This document shows positions 20,764 to 30,893 of a stretch of DNA of 64,000 bases, piece by piece; position 1 is the stretch's first letter; each line of letters begins with the position of its first letter. The notes under the pieces are model-generated. The model saw only the letters and a program-made list of their open reading frames with translations. It had not been told where the DNA came from and ran no database searches. The DNA lies in NCBI GenBank assembly GCA_030158115.1, contig JAOATK010000004.1, positions 29,739 to 93,738 on the forward strand, given 5' to 3'. The position numbers were made by a program, and so were the translations under genes. The stretch is from Legionella sp. GTDB lineage: Bacteria; Pseudomonadota; Gammaproteobacteria; Legionellales; Legionellaceae.

Positions 20764-20951
20764 TAGCCTGGTTGCCTGTAACTAACGATGCTTACTTAAG
20801 GGCTTTACGCTCTTGTAGCCTGGATGCAGCGCAGCGTAATCCGGGAATTCGGTGCCACTGATCCCGGATTGCGCTGCGCTGCATCCAGGCTACAAGGGTA
20901 TAGACGATTACTAAAACTCATTAAGTAAGCGTCATCAGTGCAAGCAACCAG
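20764..20951. repeat. Outer REP-like element (family-1-like ends TAGCCTGGTTGC...GCAAGCAACCAG, imperfect arms) hosting a nested element
   Basis: The left arm TAGCCTGGTTGCCTGTAACTAACGATGCTTACTTAAG pairs imperfectly with CTTAAGTAAGCGTCATCAGTGCAAGCAACCAG-type sequence on the right. Element 20815-20893 sits in its centre. Confidence 0.7.
20815..20893. repeat. Family-2 REP-like element nested inside the 20764-20951 element
   Basis: GTAGCCTGGATGCAGCGCAGCGTAATCCGGGA ... TCCCGGATTGCGCTGCGCTGCATCCAGGCTAC: 32-bp arms with one mismatch. Confidence 0.9.
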
Positions 20952-20999
20952 TTTCTATTATTTTTTTTCATTTGTGTTGAAGCTGTTATAGGTGCTCTC

Positions 21000-21025
21000 T
21001 AATATGTTTCACGTGAAACATATTA
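21000..21025. promoter_or_regulatory. Perfect 26-bp palindrome TAATATGTTTCACGTGAAACATATTA about 100 bp upstream of gyrB (candidate operator)
   Basis: Verified by eye as self-complementary. Its 14-bp core GTTTCACGTGAAAC recurs at 20084-20097 inside recF. Confidence 0.5.
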
Positions 21026-21114
21026 ACCCCCTATTCTTCTCCAATTGAACATGTAAACCCTATGTAAAATATGCTATGATAGGGTCAATTTTAAAATGCA
21101 GTAATCGAGTTTAA

Positions 21115-23544
<2,430 letters not shown>

Positions 23545-23548
23545 ATGC

Positions 23549-23629
23549 TAGCTTGGATGGTGCGTTGCGCAAACTGGGAATTCGGGCTACTGATCCCGGA
23601 TTGCGCGACACTCCACTCATCCAGGCTAT
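23549..23629. repeat. Degenerate family-2 REP-like element downstream of gyrB
   Basis: TAGCTTGGATGGTGCGTTGCGCAAACTGGGAATTCGGGCTACTGATCCCGGATTGCGCGACACTCCACTCATCCAGGCTA. It is recognisably related to 20815-20893 but has many mismatches. Confidence 0.7.
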
Positions 23630-23744
23630 GTAAGTTCTTTATCTCTTCAAAAATAGATAATCTTCCTTTATTTCCTTCCTATACATTATAAACTGTACTA
23701 AGATTAACTTAATATGTTTTTTATTGCACTAAATAAGGTATTGA

Positions 23745-24200
23745 ATGGACGCATTTGCCGATGTGCCACAAGATGTATTAAGTGCTATTTCTCACGCTCC
23801 TGTTTTTTCTGGGATAGGTCTTGTTGAGCAAAAAATGCTTGCAGAAAAAAGTGTGGTGACACAATGTGGCGCTGAAGAAATTATTATTGAGCAAGGCGAG
23901 GTTGGAGATAAGCTTTATATTATTATGAAAGGCCAGATGCTGGTTTCTGTAAAAACCTTATCCATGGGTTGGAAAAAGGTGAATGTTTTAGGGCCTGGTG
24001 ATGTGGTTGGGGAAATTGCTGTTTTAAGACGAATCCCAAGAACCGCACGTGTCAGCACACTCACCGCTTGTAAATACCTTACTATAAGCGCAGAAGATTT
24101 TCTTCACGTATATCAATATTTTTCTGCCAATGCGCGTGATAACATTCAATTGGTAATGGCAAAACGGTTACAAGAATTGGGTGTATTTATTAAAATCTGA
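23745..24200 (+). CDS. Cyclic-nucleotide-binding (CAP effector) domain protein, 151 aa
   Basis: cNMP-binding pattern GDKLYIIMKGQ...GPGDVVGEIAVLRRIPRTARV. Confidence 0.75.
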   Translation: MDAFADVPQDVLSAISHAPVFSGIGLVEQKMLAEKSVVTQCGAEEIIIEQGEVGDKLYIIMKGQMLVSVKTLSMGWKKVNVLGPGDVVGEIAVLRRIPRTARVSTLTACKYLTISAEDFLHVYQYFSANARDNIQLVMAKRLQELGVFIKI

Positions 24201-24515
24201 GTCTGATGAATAAGTGCTGCCTCCATGCAGCGAAGCACATCCGTGCGCCGGTCCTTTCTATGGTGACATCCTGTCAGACATATCCATGTCATCCCTTTTG
24301 AAATTGAAGTATATCTTATTGGAGTTGATTGTCATTCCGTGAAATGATCAGTGGCATGCAAGAGATCTCTCAAAGACGAGGTGGCTATGTCTCGCTTTAT
24401 TACATGGTGTTAAAGAGTAACGCATGTCTTGTGTTGTTTCAGAAGGGCTTCTAATGTTGATAAAATCTTGTTCCAACCTACGTTGATAAGTAAAAGCCCT
24501 CTTAATTGGGAAAAA

Positions 24516-24556
24516 GCATAACCTCACAGCTAGTTTTGCTGGTTGTGAGGTTATGC
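24516..24556 (-). terminator. Intrinsic terminator of ORF 24581-25204
   Basis: 13-bp stem GCATAACCTCACA / TGTGAGGTTATGC with a 15-nt loop, followed on the minus strand by TTTTT. Confidence 0.7.
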
Positions 24557-24580
24557 TCAGATCGTATTATCAATTCATCG

Positions 24581-25204
24581 TCAAATAATATTAAATTGAT
24601 GGGCTGATTCTTCAGGGGATTGTGGCGGTTGTTTTGGTGGCGTGCTAAATAAAGTATCTGCTGATTGAGCTACTGATACTTGACCTTCGGGAGTTTCTTT
24701 TTCGTACTGTGAAATAAAGGCTTTATTTATCTCTTTCGTCAAGGTGCTTTCTGGGAAAGCATAATGAGCATTTTGTATCAGTTTAAAATGAGAATTTTTC
24801 GGGGCACAAAGAACTAATCGTTCAGCGATTCTTTTTTCGTTACCACTTAATGTATCTAGTGCAAGTGAATTGAACTCCTTAAATGCATTCAGATCAAACT
24901 CAGCTAATAAAAAATCATAGGGGCGTCGGTTTCTCTCATCTAGAGAGGCAAGAATAATTGATTTAACTTTATGCGCCGTGGCTATGATAGGATAAAAAGT
25001 ACCCTCAGGTGCTATTGCTGCCTGAATAATAATATTAAAGTTTCTCAGTTCGCTAGGAGGGCAGTTTGTAATCATTTCATTAGCAAGTTTTTTTTGTTCC
25101 TCTTCGGAGCAACTATTAAAAACAGTCCGATGCTCGGCAAAATAATCAGCATCTAATAAATGACGCGGGTGGTCAGTTAGTATCTCTTCTTTGGTATAGG
25201 GCAT
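24581..25204 (-). CDS. Hypothetical protein (207 aa), effector-like orphan
   Basis: Start taken at ATG 25204 after AAGGAAG. The C-terminal tail is S/T/P/Q/E-rich. I recognise no family. Confidence 0.55.
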   Translation of the reverse strand: MPYTKEEILTDHPRHLLDADYFAEHRTVFNSCSEEEQKKLANEMITNCPPSELRNFNIIIQAAIAPEGTFYPIIATAHKVKSIILASLDERNRRPYDFLLAEFDLNAFKEFNSLALDTLSGNEKRIAERLVLCAPKNSHFKLIQNAHYAFPESTLTKEINKAFISQYEKETPEGQVSVAQSADTLFSTPPKQPPQSPEESAHQFNII

Positions 25205-25408
25205 GTAATCTTCCTTAAGTTTAAAAAAACCATTAATCCATTCGCCAATTTTAAATGCTACATGTAGTGGGAACACAAGAGCCAAATTTGCACAATAATA
25301 ATAACGGATTCACTAAAAATAATCTAAAGTTTTCTTTAGATAAGCCGAATAAGCTAATAGATACACGTTTTGCCTTTTAAAATTACAATAACAACAAGGG
25401 GGTAGGCA

Positions 25409-25666
25409 ATGTCTAAACATCACTTATTACAAGACTCATTTTTAAATGAGCTGCGTAAAGAAAAGGTGCCTGTTTCCATTTTTTTAGTGAATGGAATTAA
25501 GTTACATGGGGTAGTTGATTCATTTGACCAATACGTTGTAATGCTCAAAAATTCTCTTACCCAAATGGTATACAAGCATGCAATATCAACTGTAGTACCC
25601 GCACATGCTATAAAAATGCCTATGCATGAAGGAACTGGTGGAGTTGAAGAAAATATGGCAGACTAG
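25409..25666 (+). CDS. hfq: RNA chaperone Hfq
   Basis: [42 protein letters not shown]...[13 protein letters not shown] Sm-like core. Confidence 0.97.
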   Translation: MSKHHLLQDSFLNELRKEKVPVSIFLVNGIKLHGVVDSFDQYVVMLKNSLTQMVYKHAISTVVPAHAIKMPMHEGTGGVEENMAD

Positions 25667-25681
25667 CTTTTTTATAGGATA

Positions 25682-25721
25682 CCGTAGCCATGCTTCAATC
25701 AAGGCTACGGCTCTTGTTTTT
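25682..25721 (+). terminator. Hairpin plus T-run between hfq and hflX (attenuator/terminator)
   Basis: CCGTAGCC-13 nt-GGCTACGG followed by CTCTTGTTTTT. Confidence 0.5.
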
Positions 25722-25734
25722 GGAGAAAGAGCTA

Positions 25735-26994
25735 GTGTTTGAACGTCCTCAAGGTGGTGAGCGAGCGGTGTTAGTGCAATTGGCACTGCCTGGGGTTGAT
25801 GCCGAAAAAGCGCTTCAAGAGTTTGAGGAATTAGCTCTTTCTGCGAATGCCGAGCTCTTGGATTGTGTTTTAGGTACTCGAGCCACACCTGATGCTAAGT
25901 ATTATGTTGGCAAGGGTAAAGCAGAAGAAATTGCTCAGCTGGTTAAAGCGTTAGATGCCGAAATTGTTTTAATTAATCACGAATTATCACCCTCCCAAGA
26001 ACGAAACTTAGAACGATTGTTTGAATGTCGTGTGGTTGATCGCAGTGGCTTGATTCTGGATATCTTTGCGCAACGTGCAAGAACGTTTGAAGGTAAATTA
26101 CAGGTTGAGCTGGCGCAATTAAAGCATTTATCTACACGTCTCATCCGCGGCTGGACTCATTTAGAACGACAAAAAGGTGGGATTGGATTACGAGGTCCTG
26201 GAGAAACTCAGTTAGAAACTGACCGTCGTTTGTTGCGTGAACGAATCAAATACATTAATAAACGATTAGAAAAAGTTCGTTGCAGTCGTGACCAAAACCG
26301 CCAGGCCAGGCGTAAAGCTTCTATGCCTACCGTTTCTTTAGTGGGTTACACTAATGCGGGTAAATCCACATTATTTAATAGGCTGACGGGTGAAAATATT
26401 TATGTGGCAAACCAATTATTCGCTACCTTAGATCCGACGATGCGTCAATTGAGCCTACCTGGTTCTTCCAATGTTATTCTGGCCGATACCGTGGGCTTTA
26501 TTCGTGATTTGCCGCATCATTTGGTTGAGGCCTTTCGAGCTACCTTAGAGGAAACACAACAGGCCGATTTATTATTACATGTCATTGATATTTCAGATCC
26601 GCATTGGCGAGATACCGTTTTTTCCGTACAAAAAGTTCTAGATGAGTTAAAAGTAAATGATATTCCGGTCATCCAGGTCTTTAATAAAATTGATTTAAAA
26701 GAAGATTGGGAAGCTAAAATTGATTACACCGATGAGTGGTGTAAAGTTTGGATTTCTGCAGCAGCTAATGAAGGGTTAGATTTATTGAAGGAGGCAATAA
26801 GTACACAATTGCACGGCATGGTATTAATAGAACAGGTTGTTCTTAAGGCTAGTCAAGCAAAATTGCGTGCACAGTTGTATCAATTAGGCGCCATATTAAA
26901 TGAATCAATAAATGATGAAGGAGAGTGGGTGCTTAAGATTCGTATTACTAAAGAGCAAAAAAGGCGTTTATTTCATGGCGATAGCCTGCTCTAA
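25735..26994 (+). CDS. hflX: GTPase HflX
   Basis: FERPQGGERAVLV N-terminus and G-domain motifs GYTNAGKSTLFN / DTVGF / NKID. Start taken at GTG 25735 after GGAGAAAGAG. The track ATG at 25690 lies inside the upstream hairpin. Confidence 0.93.
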   Translation: MFERPQGGERAVLVQLALPGVDAEKALQEFEELALSANAELLDCVLGTRATPDAKYYVGKGKAEEIAQLVKALDAEIVLINHELSPSQERNLERLFECRVVDRSGLILDIFAQRARTFEGKLQVELAQLKHLSTRLIRGWTHLERQKGGIGLRGPGETQLETDRRLLRERIKYINKRLEKVRCSRDQNRQARRKASMPTVSLVGYTNAGKSTLFNRLTGENIYVANQLFATLDPTMRQLSLPGSSNVILADTVGFIRDLPHHLVEAFRATLEETQQADLLLHVIDISDPHWRDTVFSVQKVLDELKVNDIPVIQVFNKIDLKEDWEAKIDYTDEWCKVWISAAANEGLDLLKEAISTQLHGMVLIEQVVLKASQAKLRAQLYQLGAILNESINDEGEWVLKIRITKEQKRRLFHGDSLL

Positions 26995-27429
26995 ATTCCT
27001 TACATCCTGGCCTCCATACAAAGTGTTTACAAGAGTTCCTTCAGGATCAAATACAAAGGTTACTGGAACACCTGTGATGTCACCTAAGCCTAATGCAAAA
27101 GAGGGATCGGTGAGTAAGGATGGGTATTGAATATTAAATTTTTTGATTAATTTGGTTTGTTGGTTAGTGGGTAGATCATCATAATTTACTGCAAATAAAG
27201 CAACGGATTCATTTTCGTGTTTGCGGTAAAACTGATTCAATGCGGGAATTTCTGCAATGCAGGTGTTACACCAGCTGGCCCAATAGTTAATAAGTACCCA
27301 TTTTCCTTTTAAAGACGAAAAAGAAATATCGTGGCCTCGAGAATCTTTAAGTAAAACATCAGCTTGGCTGAATGTTGTTGTGGTCACTAAAACTAAAATC
27401 AACAATATATTTTTTATCAAATTCATCAT
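26968..27429 (-). CDS. Periplasmic thioredoxin-fold thiol:disulfide oxidoreductase (TlpA/ResA-like)
   Basis: Signal peptide and a WASWCNTC CxxC motif. Its 3' end overlaps the hflX 3' end by 27 nt. Confidence 0.8.
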   Translation of the reverse strand: MMNLIKNILLILVLVTTTTFSQADVLLKDSRGHDISFSSLKGKWVLINYWASWCNTCIAEIPALNQFYRKHENESVALFAVNYDDLPTNQQTKLIKKFNIQYPSLLTDPSFALGLGDITGVPVTFVFDPEGTLVNTLYGGQDVRNLEQAIAMK

Positions 27430-27443
27430 TATCTCTTTTATCC

Positions 27444-27482
27444 AGTAGGCCTGATTCCACGTTGGGTGGAGTCAGGCCTACT
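27444..27482. repeat. Short REP-like hairpin AGTAGGCCTGATTCCAC-GTTGG-GTGGAGTCAGGCCTACT
   Basis: 17-bp stem with one mismatch, located in the divergent promoter region between the tlpA-like gene and cydA. Confidence 0.7.
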
Positions 27483-27660
27483 TTTGTATATTAGGCCTTC
27501 ATTTTACCCCATAGAAAAACATATTTTGGTGAACAAAGCCAGATTATGTTAAATTTTTTTCAAAAGAACTTATTATTATGTTATCTTATTTTGGTAGCTT
27601 AAAAAGCGTTAAAAAACCATGAAATAATACCAACCATCATCTGATGATGAGGATAATAAA

Positions 27661-29064
27661 ATGATTATATTAGACCCCGTTCTGTTAGCACGAATTCAAT
27701 TTGCATTTACGATAAGTTTTCATATCGTTTTCCCGGCATTTACTATTGGCTTGGCAAGTTTTCTAGCTGTTTTAGAATGGCGCTGGCTTGCAACTGGTAA
27801 TAAAAATTATCGGGATACTTATCGATTTTTAGTTAAAATTTTTGCTGTGGTTTTTGGCATGGGCGTTGTGTCTGGCGTCGTAATGTCCTATCAATTTGGT
27901 ACCAACTGGTCCGTATTTTCTGACAAAGTGTCTAACGTGATTGGTCCATTATTAGGATTTGAGGTGCTTACGGCCTTTTTCCTGGAGGCATCGTTTTTAG
28001 GCATTATGCTTTTTGGCTGGGAGCGAGTCAGCCCAAGAATGCACTTCACATCGACTTGTATCGTAGCAATTGGTACATTAATCTCCGCATTTTGGATACT
28101 TTCAGCTAATTCTTGGATGCAAACACCACAAGGATTTAGTGTTGGCGAAGATGGTCGATTGTTTCCCCTTGATTGGTTACAAATAATTTTCAATCCATCC
28201 CTTCCTTATCGATTAGCTCATATGGTAATCGCTGCATACCTTACCACCGCTTTAGTGGTCGGCGGGATCGGCGCATTTTATTTGTGGGGTAAAAGGTATC
28301 TACCCCAGGCCAAAATCATGCTGGGAATGGCGACTTTAATGGCCGCTTTAGCCTCCCCTCTACAACTTGTCATTGGCGATATGCATGGGTTAAATACTTT
28401 AAAATACCAGCCTGCAAAAGTAGCTGCAATGGAAGGCATCTGGGATACTGAGCAAGGCGCGGGTTTGAGGCTTTTTGCTTTGCCTGATTCCAAAAACGAA
28501 ATAAACCGCTATGAAATAAAAGTACCCTTTCTGACAAGCCTTATCCTCACGCATCATTACAATGGAGAGGTTCGAGGTTTAAAATCATTTAAAAAAGAAG
28601 ATAGACCCCCTGTTGCTTTGGTATTTTGGTCATTTAGAGTCATGGTTGGTCTAGGTTTATTAATGATTTTTCTGAGTTTAACCAGTGCAGTTCAATATTA
28701 CCGTAAAAAATTATTTGAGAGTCGTTTTTTACAAGGCTGGTGGATGCTTATGATGCCATCAGGTTTTATTGCCCTTTTAGCGGGTTGGTTTGTTAATGAA
28801 GTTGGGCGTCAGCCTTATACTGTGTATGGTTTTATTCGTACAACAGAGTCAGTATCCCCTGCAATCATAGGAAGCCAGGTGGGATGGTCGTTGTTGGCTT
28901 TTGTAATCATGTATACCCTGGTATTTGGCGCAGGTAGCTATTATATTTTAAAGCTGATACGTCAAGGAATTCCTGCCATAAAGGATGAGGAACAATATTA
29001 TAAACACGGCACAGAAGCTTCCGTTATTGAAGGGTTAACTCATCAAGGAGATAGTCATGTTTGA
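27661..29064 (+). CDS. cydA: Cytochrome bd-type quinol oxidase subunit I (short Q-loop, CioA-like)
   Basis: 467 aa with LARIQFAFTISFH...GFEVLTAFFLEASFLG and the GRQPY motif. Confidence 0.93.
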   Translation: MIILDPVLLARIQFAFTISFHIVFPAFTIGLASFLAVLEWRWLATGNKNYRDTYRFLVKIFAVVFGMGVVSGVVMSYQFGTNWSVFSDKVSNVIGPLLGFEVLTAFFLEASFLGIMLFGWERVSPRMHFTSTCIVAIGTLISAFWILSANSWMQTPQGFSVGEDGRLFPLDWLQIIFNPSLPYRLAHMVIAAYLTTALVVGGIGAFYLWGKRYLPQAKIMLGMATLMAALASPLQLVIGDMHGLNTLKYQPAKVAAMEGIWDTEQGAGLRLFALPDSKNEINRYEIKVPFLTSLILTHHYNGEVRGLKSFKKEDRPPVALVFWSFRVMVGLGLLMIFLSLTSAVQYYRKKLFESRFLQGWWMLMMPSGFIALLAGWFVNEVGRQPYTVYGFIRTTESVSPAIIGSQVGWSLLAFVIMYTLVFGAGSYYILKLIRQGIPAIKDEEQYYKHGTEASVIEGLTHQGDSHV

Positions 29065-30079
29065 TTTTTCATCTTCAATTGATTTGGCTCTTATTTGGGC
29101 TCTTTTGATTGGAACCGGAATATTGATTTATGTTTTATTAGATGGTTTTGATTTAGGGGTTGGCATTTTATTTCCTTATGCGCCTTCTAATAAATGTCGC
29201 GATCGAATGATGAATTCAATTGCCCCATTTTGGGATGGCAATGAAACTTGGCTAGTACTTGGCGGTGGCGGGTTGTTTGCGGCATTTCCTCTTGCTTATG
29301 CTATTTTATTACCTGCATTTTATATCCCTATTATTTTGATGCTTCTAGGGCTGATTTTGCGCGGGGTTTCTTTTGAATTTCGCTTTAAGGCAAGCGAGCG
29401 ATCACGTCGAATATGGGATATTTCATTTCATATTGGTTCTTTAGTGGCAGCTTTATCTCAAGGTTTTATTTTGGGTGCATTTATTCAAGGTGTTAAGGTT
29501 GATGGACGAAATTTTTCCGGAGGACCTTTTGATTGGATAACCGGATTTTCTGCTTTAACGGCCATTGCGTTGGTTTTTGGCTATGTCTTATTAGGCTCAA
29601 GCTGGTTGATTATGAAAACCGAAGATAAAACGCAGGAGTGGGCACGCAAAATGGCAACCTACTCTTTGGTTGCGGTTGGTTTTTTTGTGTTGTTGATTAC
29701 TTTGGTGATGCCAGTGATTAATAGCGATATAAAACACTTTTGGTTTAATACAAACGCATTTTTCTTTTTAATGATTTTGCCTTTAATTAGCCTGGTGTTC
29801 TTTTTTATTATTTGGAAGGACTTGCAAGGTAAGCGTGCTGAAAGTCGGCCTTTTCTTTTATCAATGGGGATTTTTTTAATGTGTTACTTAGGTCTTGGGA
29901 TTAGTTTTTATCCCTGGATCATTCCATTTGATTATACTATTTGGCAAGCGGCAGCATCAGGCCCCGGCCTTTCTTTAATGTTAGTCGGTGTTGTACCCTT
30001 ACTACCCCTCATCCTGGCTTATACAGGCTATTGCTATTATATTTTCCGAGGTAAGACGGGCCATGAACATATGTATTAA
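29057..30079 (+). CDS. cydB: Cytochrome bd-type quinol oxidase subunit II
   Basis: 340-aa polytopic protein (DGFDLGVGIL..., WDGNETWLV). It overlaps the cydA stop by 8 nt. Confidence 0.93.
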   Translation: MFDFSSSIDLALIWALLIGTGILIYVLLDGFDLGVGILFPYAPSNKCRDRMMNSIAPFWDGNETWLVLGGGGLFAAFPLAYAILLPAFYIPIILMLLGLILRGVSFEFRFKASERSRRIWDISFHIGSLVAALSQGFILGAFIQGVKVDGRNFSGGPFDWITGFSALTAIALVFGYVLLGSSWLIMKTEDKTQEWARKMATYSLVAVGFFVLLITLVMPVINSDIKHFWFNTNAFFFLMILPLISLVFFFIIWKDLQGKRAESRPFLLSMGIFLMCYLGLGISFYPWIIPFDYTIWQAAASGPGLSLMLVGVVPLLPLILAYTGYCYYIFRGKTGHEHMY

Positions 30080-30218
30080 TAAAATTTTAACAGTAGGCAG
30101 GAAGTTAAATCCTAAATTACAACAATGGTTATGGTTTATAGGGCTATGGTTTATGGGATTGGTTTCAGTGGTTCTCATAACCATTCCCATAAAATTATTA
30201 GTTAAAGCCTGCCAATAG
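30063..30218 (+). CDS. Small single-TM protein of cio/cyd operons (DUF2474-like), 51 aa
   Basis: ATG 30063 overlaps the cydB 3' end in another frame. The sequence QQWLWFIGLWFMGLVSVVLITIPIKLLV resembles DUF2474 proteins found after cioB. Confidence 0.5.
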   Translation: MNICINKILTVGRKLNPKLQQWLWFIGLWFMGLVSVVLITIPIKLLVKACQ

Positions 30219-30226
30219 CATCACGT

Positions 30227-30263
30227 CCCACGTCATCCCTCACTGTGTTCGGGATGACGTGGG
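30227..30263. repeat. GC-rich hairpin CCCACGTCATCCC-11 nt-GGGATGACGTGGG after the cyd operon
   Basis: Perfect 13-bp stem with no clear T-run. It may act as a terminator or stabiliser. Confidence 0.6.
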
Positions 30264-30385
30264 GAGTTACCGTTTATTATATAAATTGCAGTTGACTGCG
30301 AAATGATTATTTAAAATTCCAAGCAAATTTTAAATAGAGATCTATACTTCTTATGGATGATAAAAAACACTATAAGGAAATTATC

Positions 30386-30823
30386 ATGTATAAAAAAATA
30401 TTAGGTACAACAGCATTAGTTTTTTCTTTGGCAATCAGCCCTGCAGTTTTTGCTCACGATAGTTGTGGTGGCGGCATGAAGAAGATGTTGGAATCTTTGA
30501 AGCTTGATGCAACTCAAAAAGAAAAAATTAAGCCAATTATGGACAATATGAAATCCACTATGAAAGCCGATGTTGCACAAATGAAAGATTTAAATAAGCA
30601 ACTAAATGAACAAACGCTTTCAGCTACAATGGATCAATCTACAGTGGATGGTCTATTAGATAAGAAAGTTAAATTGATGGGCGATATGATGAAAGCTAAA
30701 GTAATGGCTAAAAATCAAATTTATGTTGTTTTAAAACCAGAGCAAAAAACTAAGCTCCAAGATGACATGAAAAAGATGGAAGCTAAAATGGAAGCTAAAT
30801 TTAAAAGCTGTGAACAAGAGTAA
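30386..30823 (+). CDS. Periplasmic Spy/CpxP-family (LTXXQ-motif) chaperone-like protein
   Basis: Start taken at ATG 30386 after AAGGAAA. It has a signal peptide ...AVFAHD and two LTXXQ-like motifs (LDATQ, LKPEQ). Confidence 0.7.
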   Translation: MYKKILGTTALVFSLAISPAVFAHDSCGGGMKKMLESLKLDATQKEKIKPIMDNMKSTMKADVAQMKDLNKQLNEQTLSATMDQSTVDGLLDKKVKLMGDMMKAKVMAKNQIYVVLKPEQKTKLQDDMKKMEAKMEAKFKSCEQE

Positions 30824-30840
30824 TTGATAAGCAATCGCTG

Positions 30841-30868
30841 ATTGGCACTTATGTTTGTAAGTGCCAAT
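30841..30868 (+). terminator. Intrinsic terminator after the spy-like gene
   Basis: ATTGGCACTTA-6 nt-TAAGTGCCAAT followed by CTATTTTATT. Confidence 0.7.
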
Positions 30869-30893
30869 CTATTTTATTAGTTAGAATCCACGG

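Noticed and set aside
29988-30218. The full 76-aa track ORF overlapping the cydB 3' end.
   Set aside because: Only the distal part from ATG 30063 (51 aa, a single TM helix) is plausible as a DUF2474-like peptide. The upstream 25 codons are a shadow frame of cydB.
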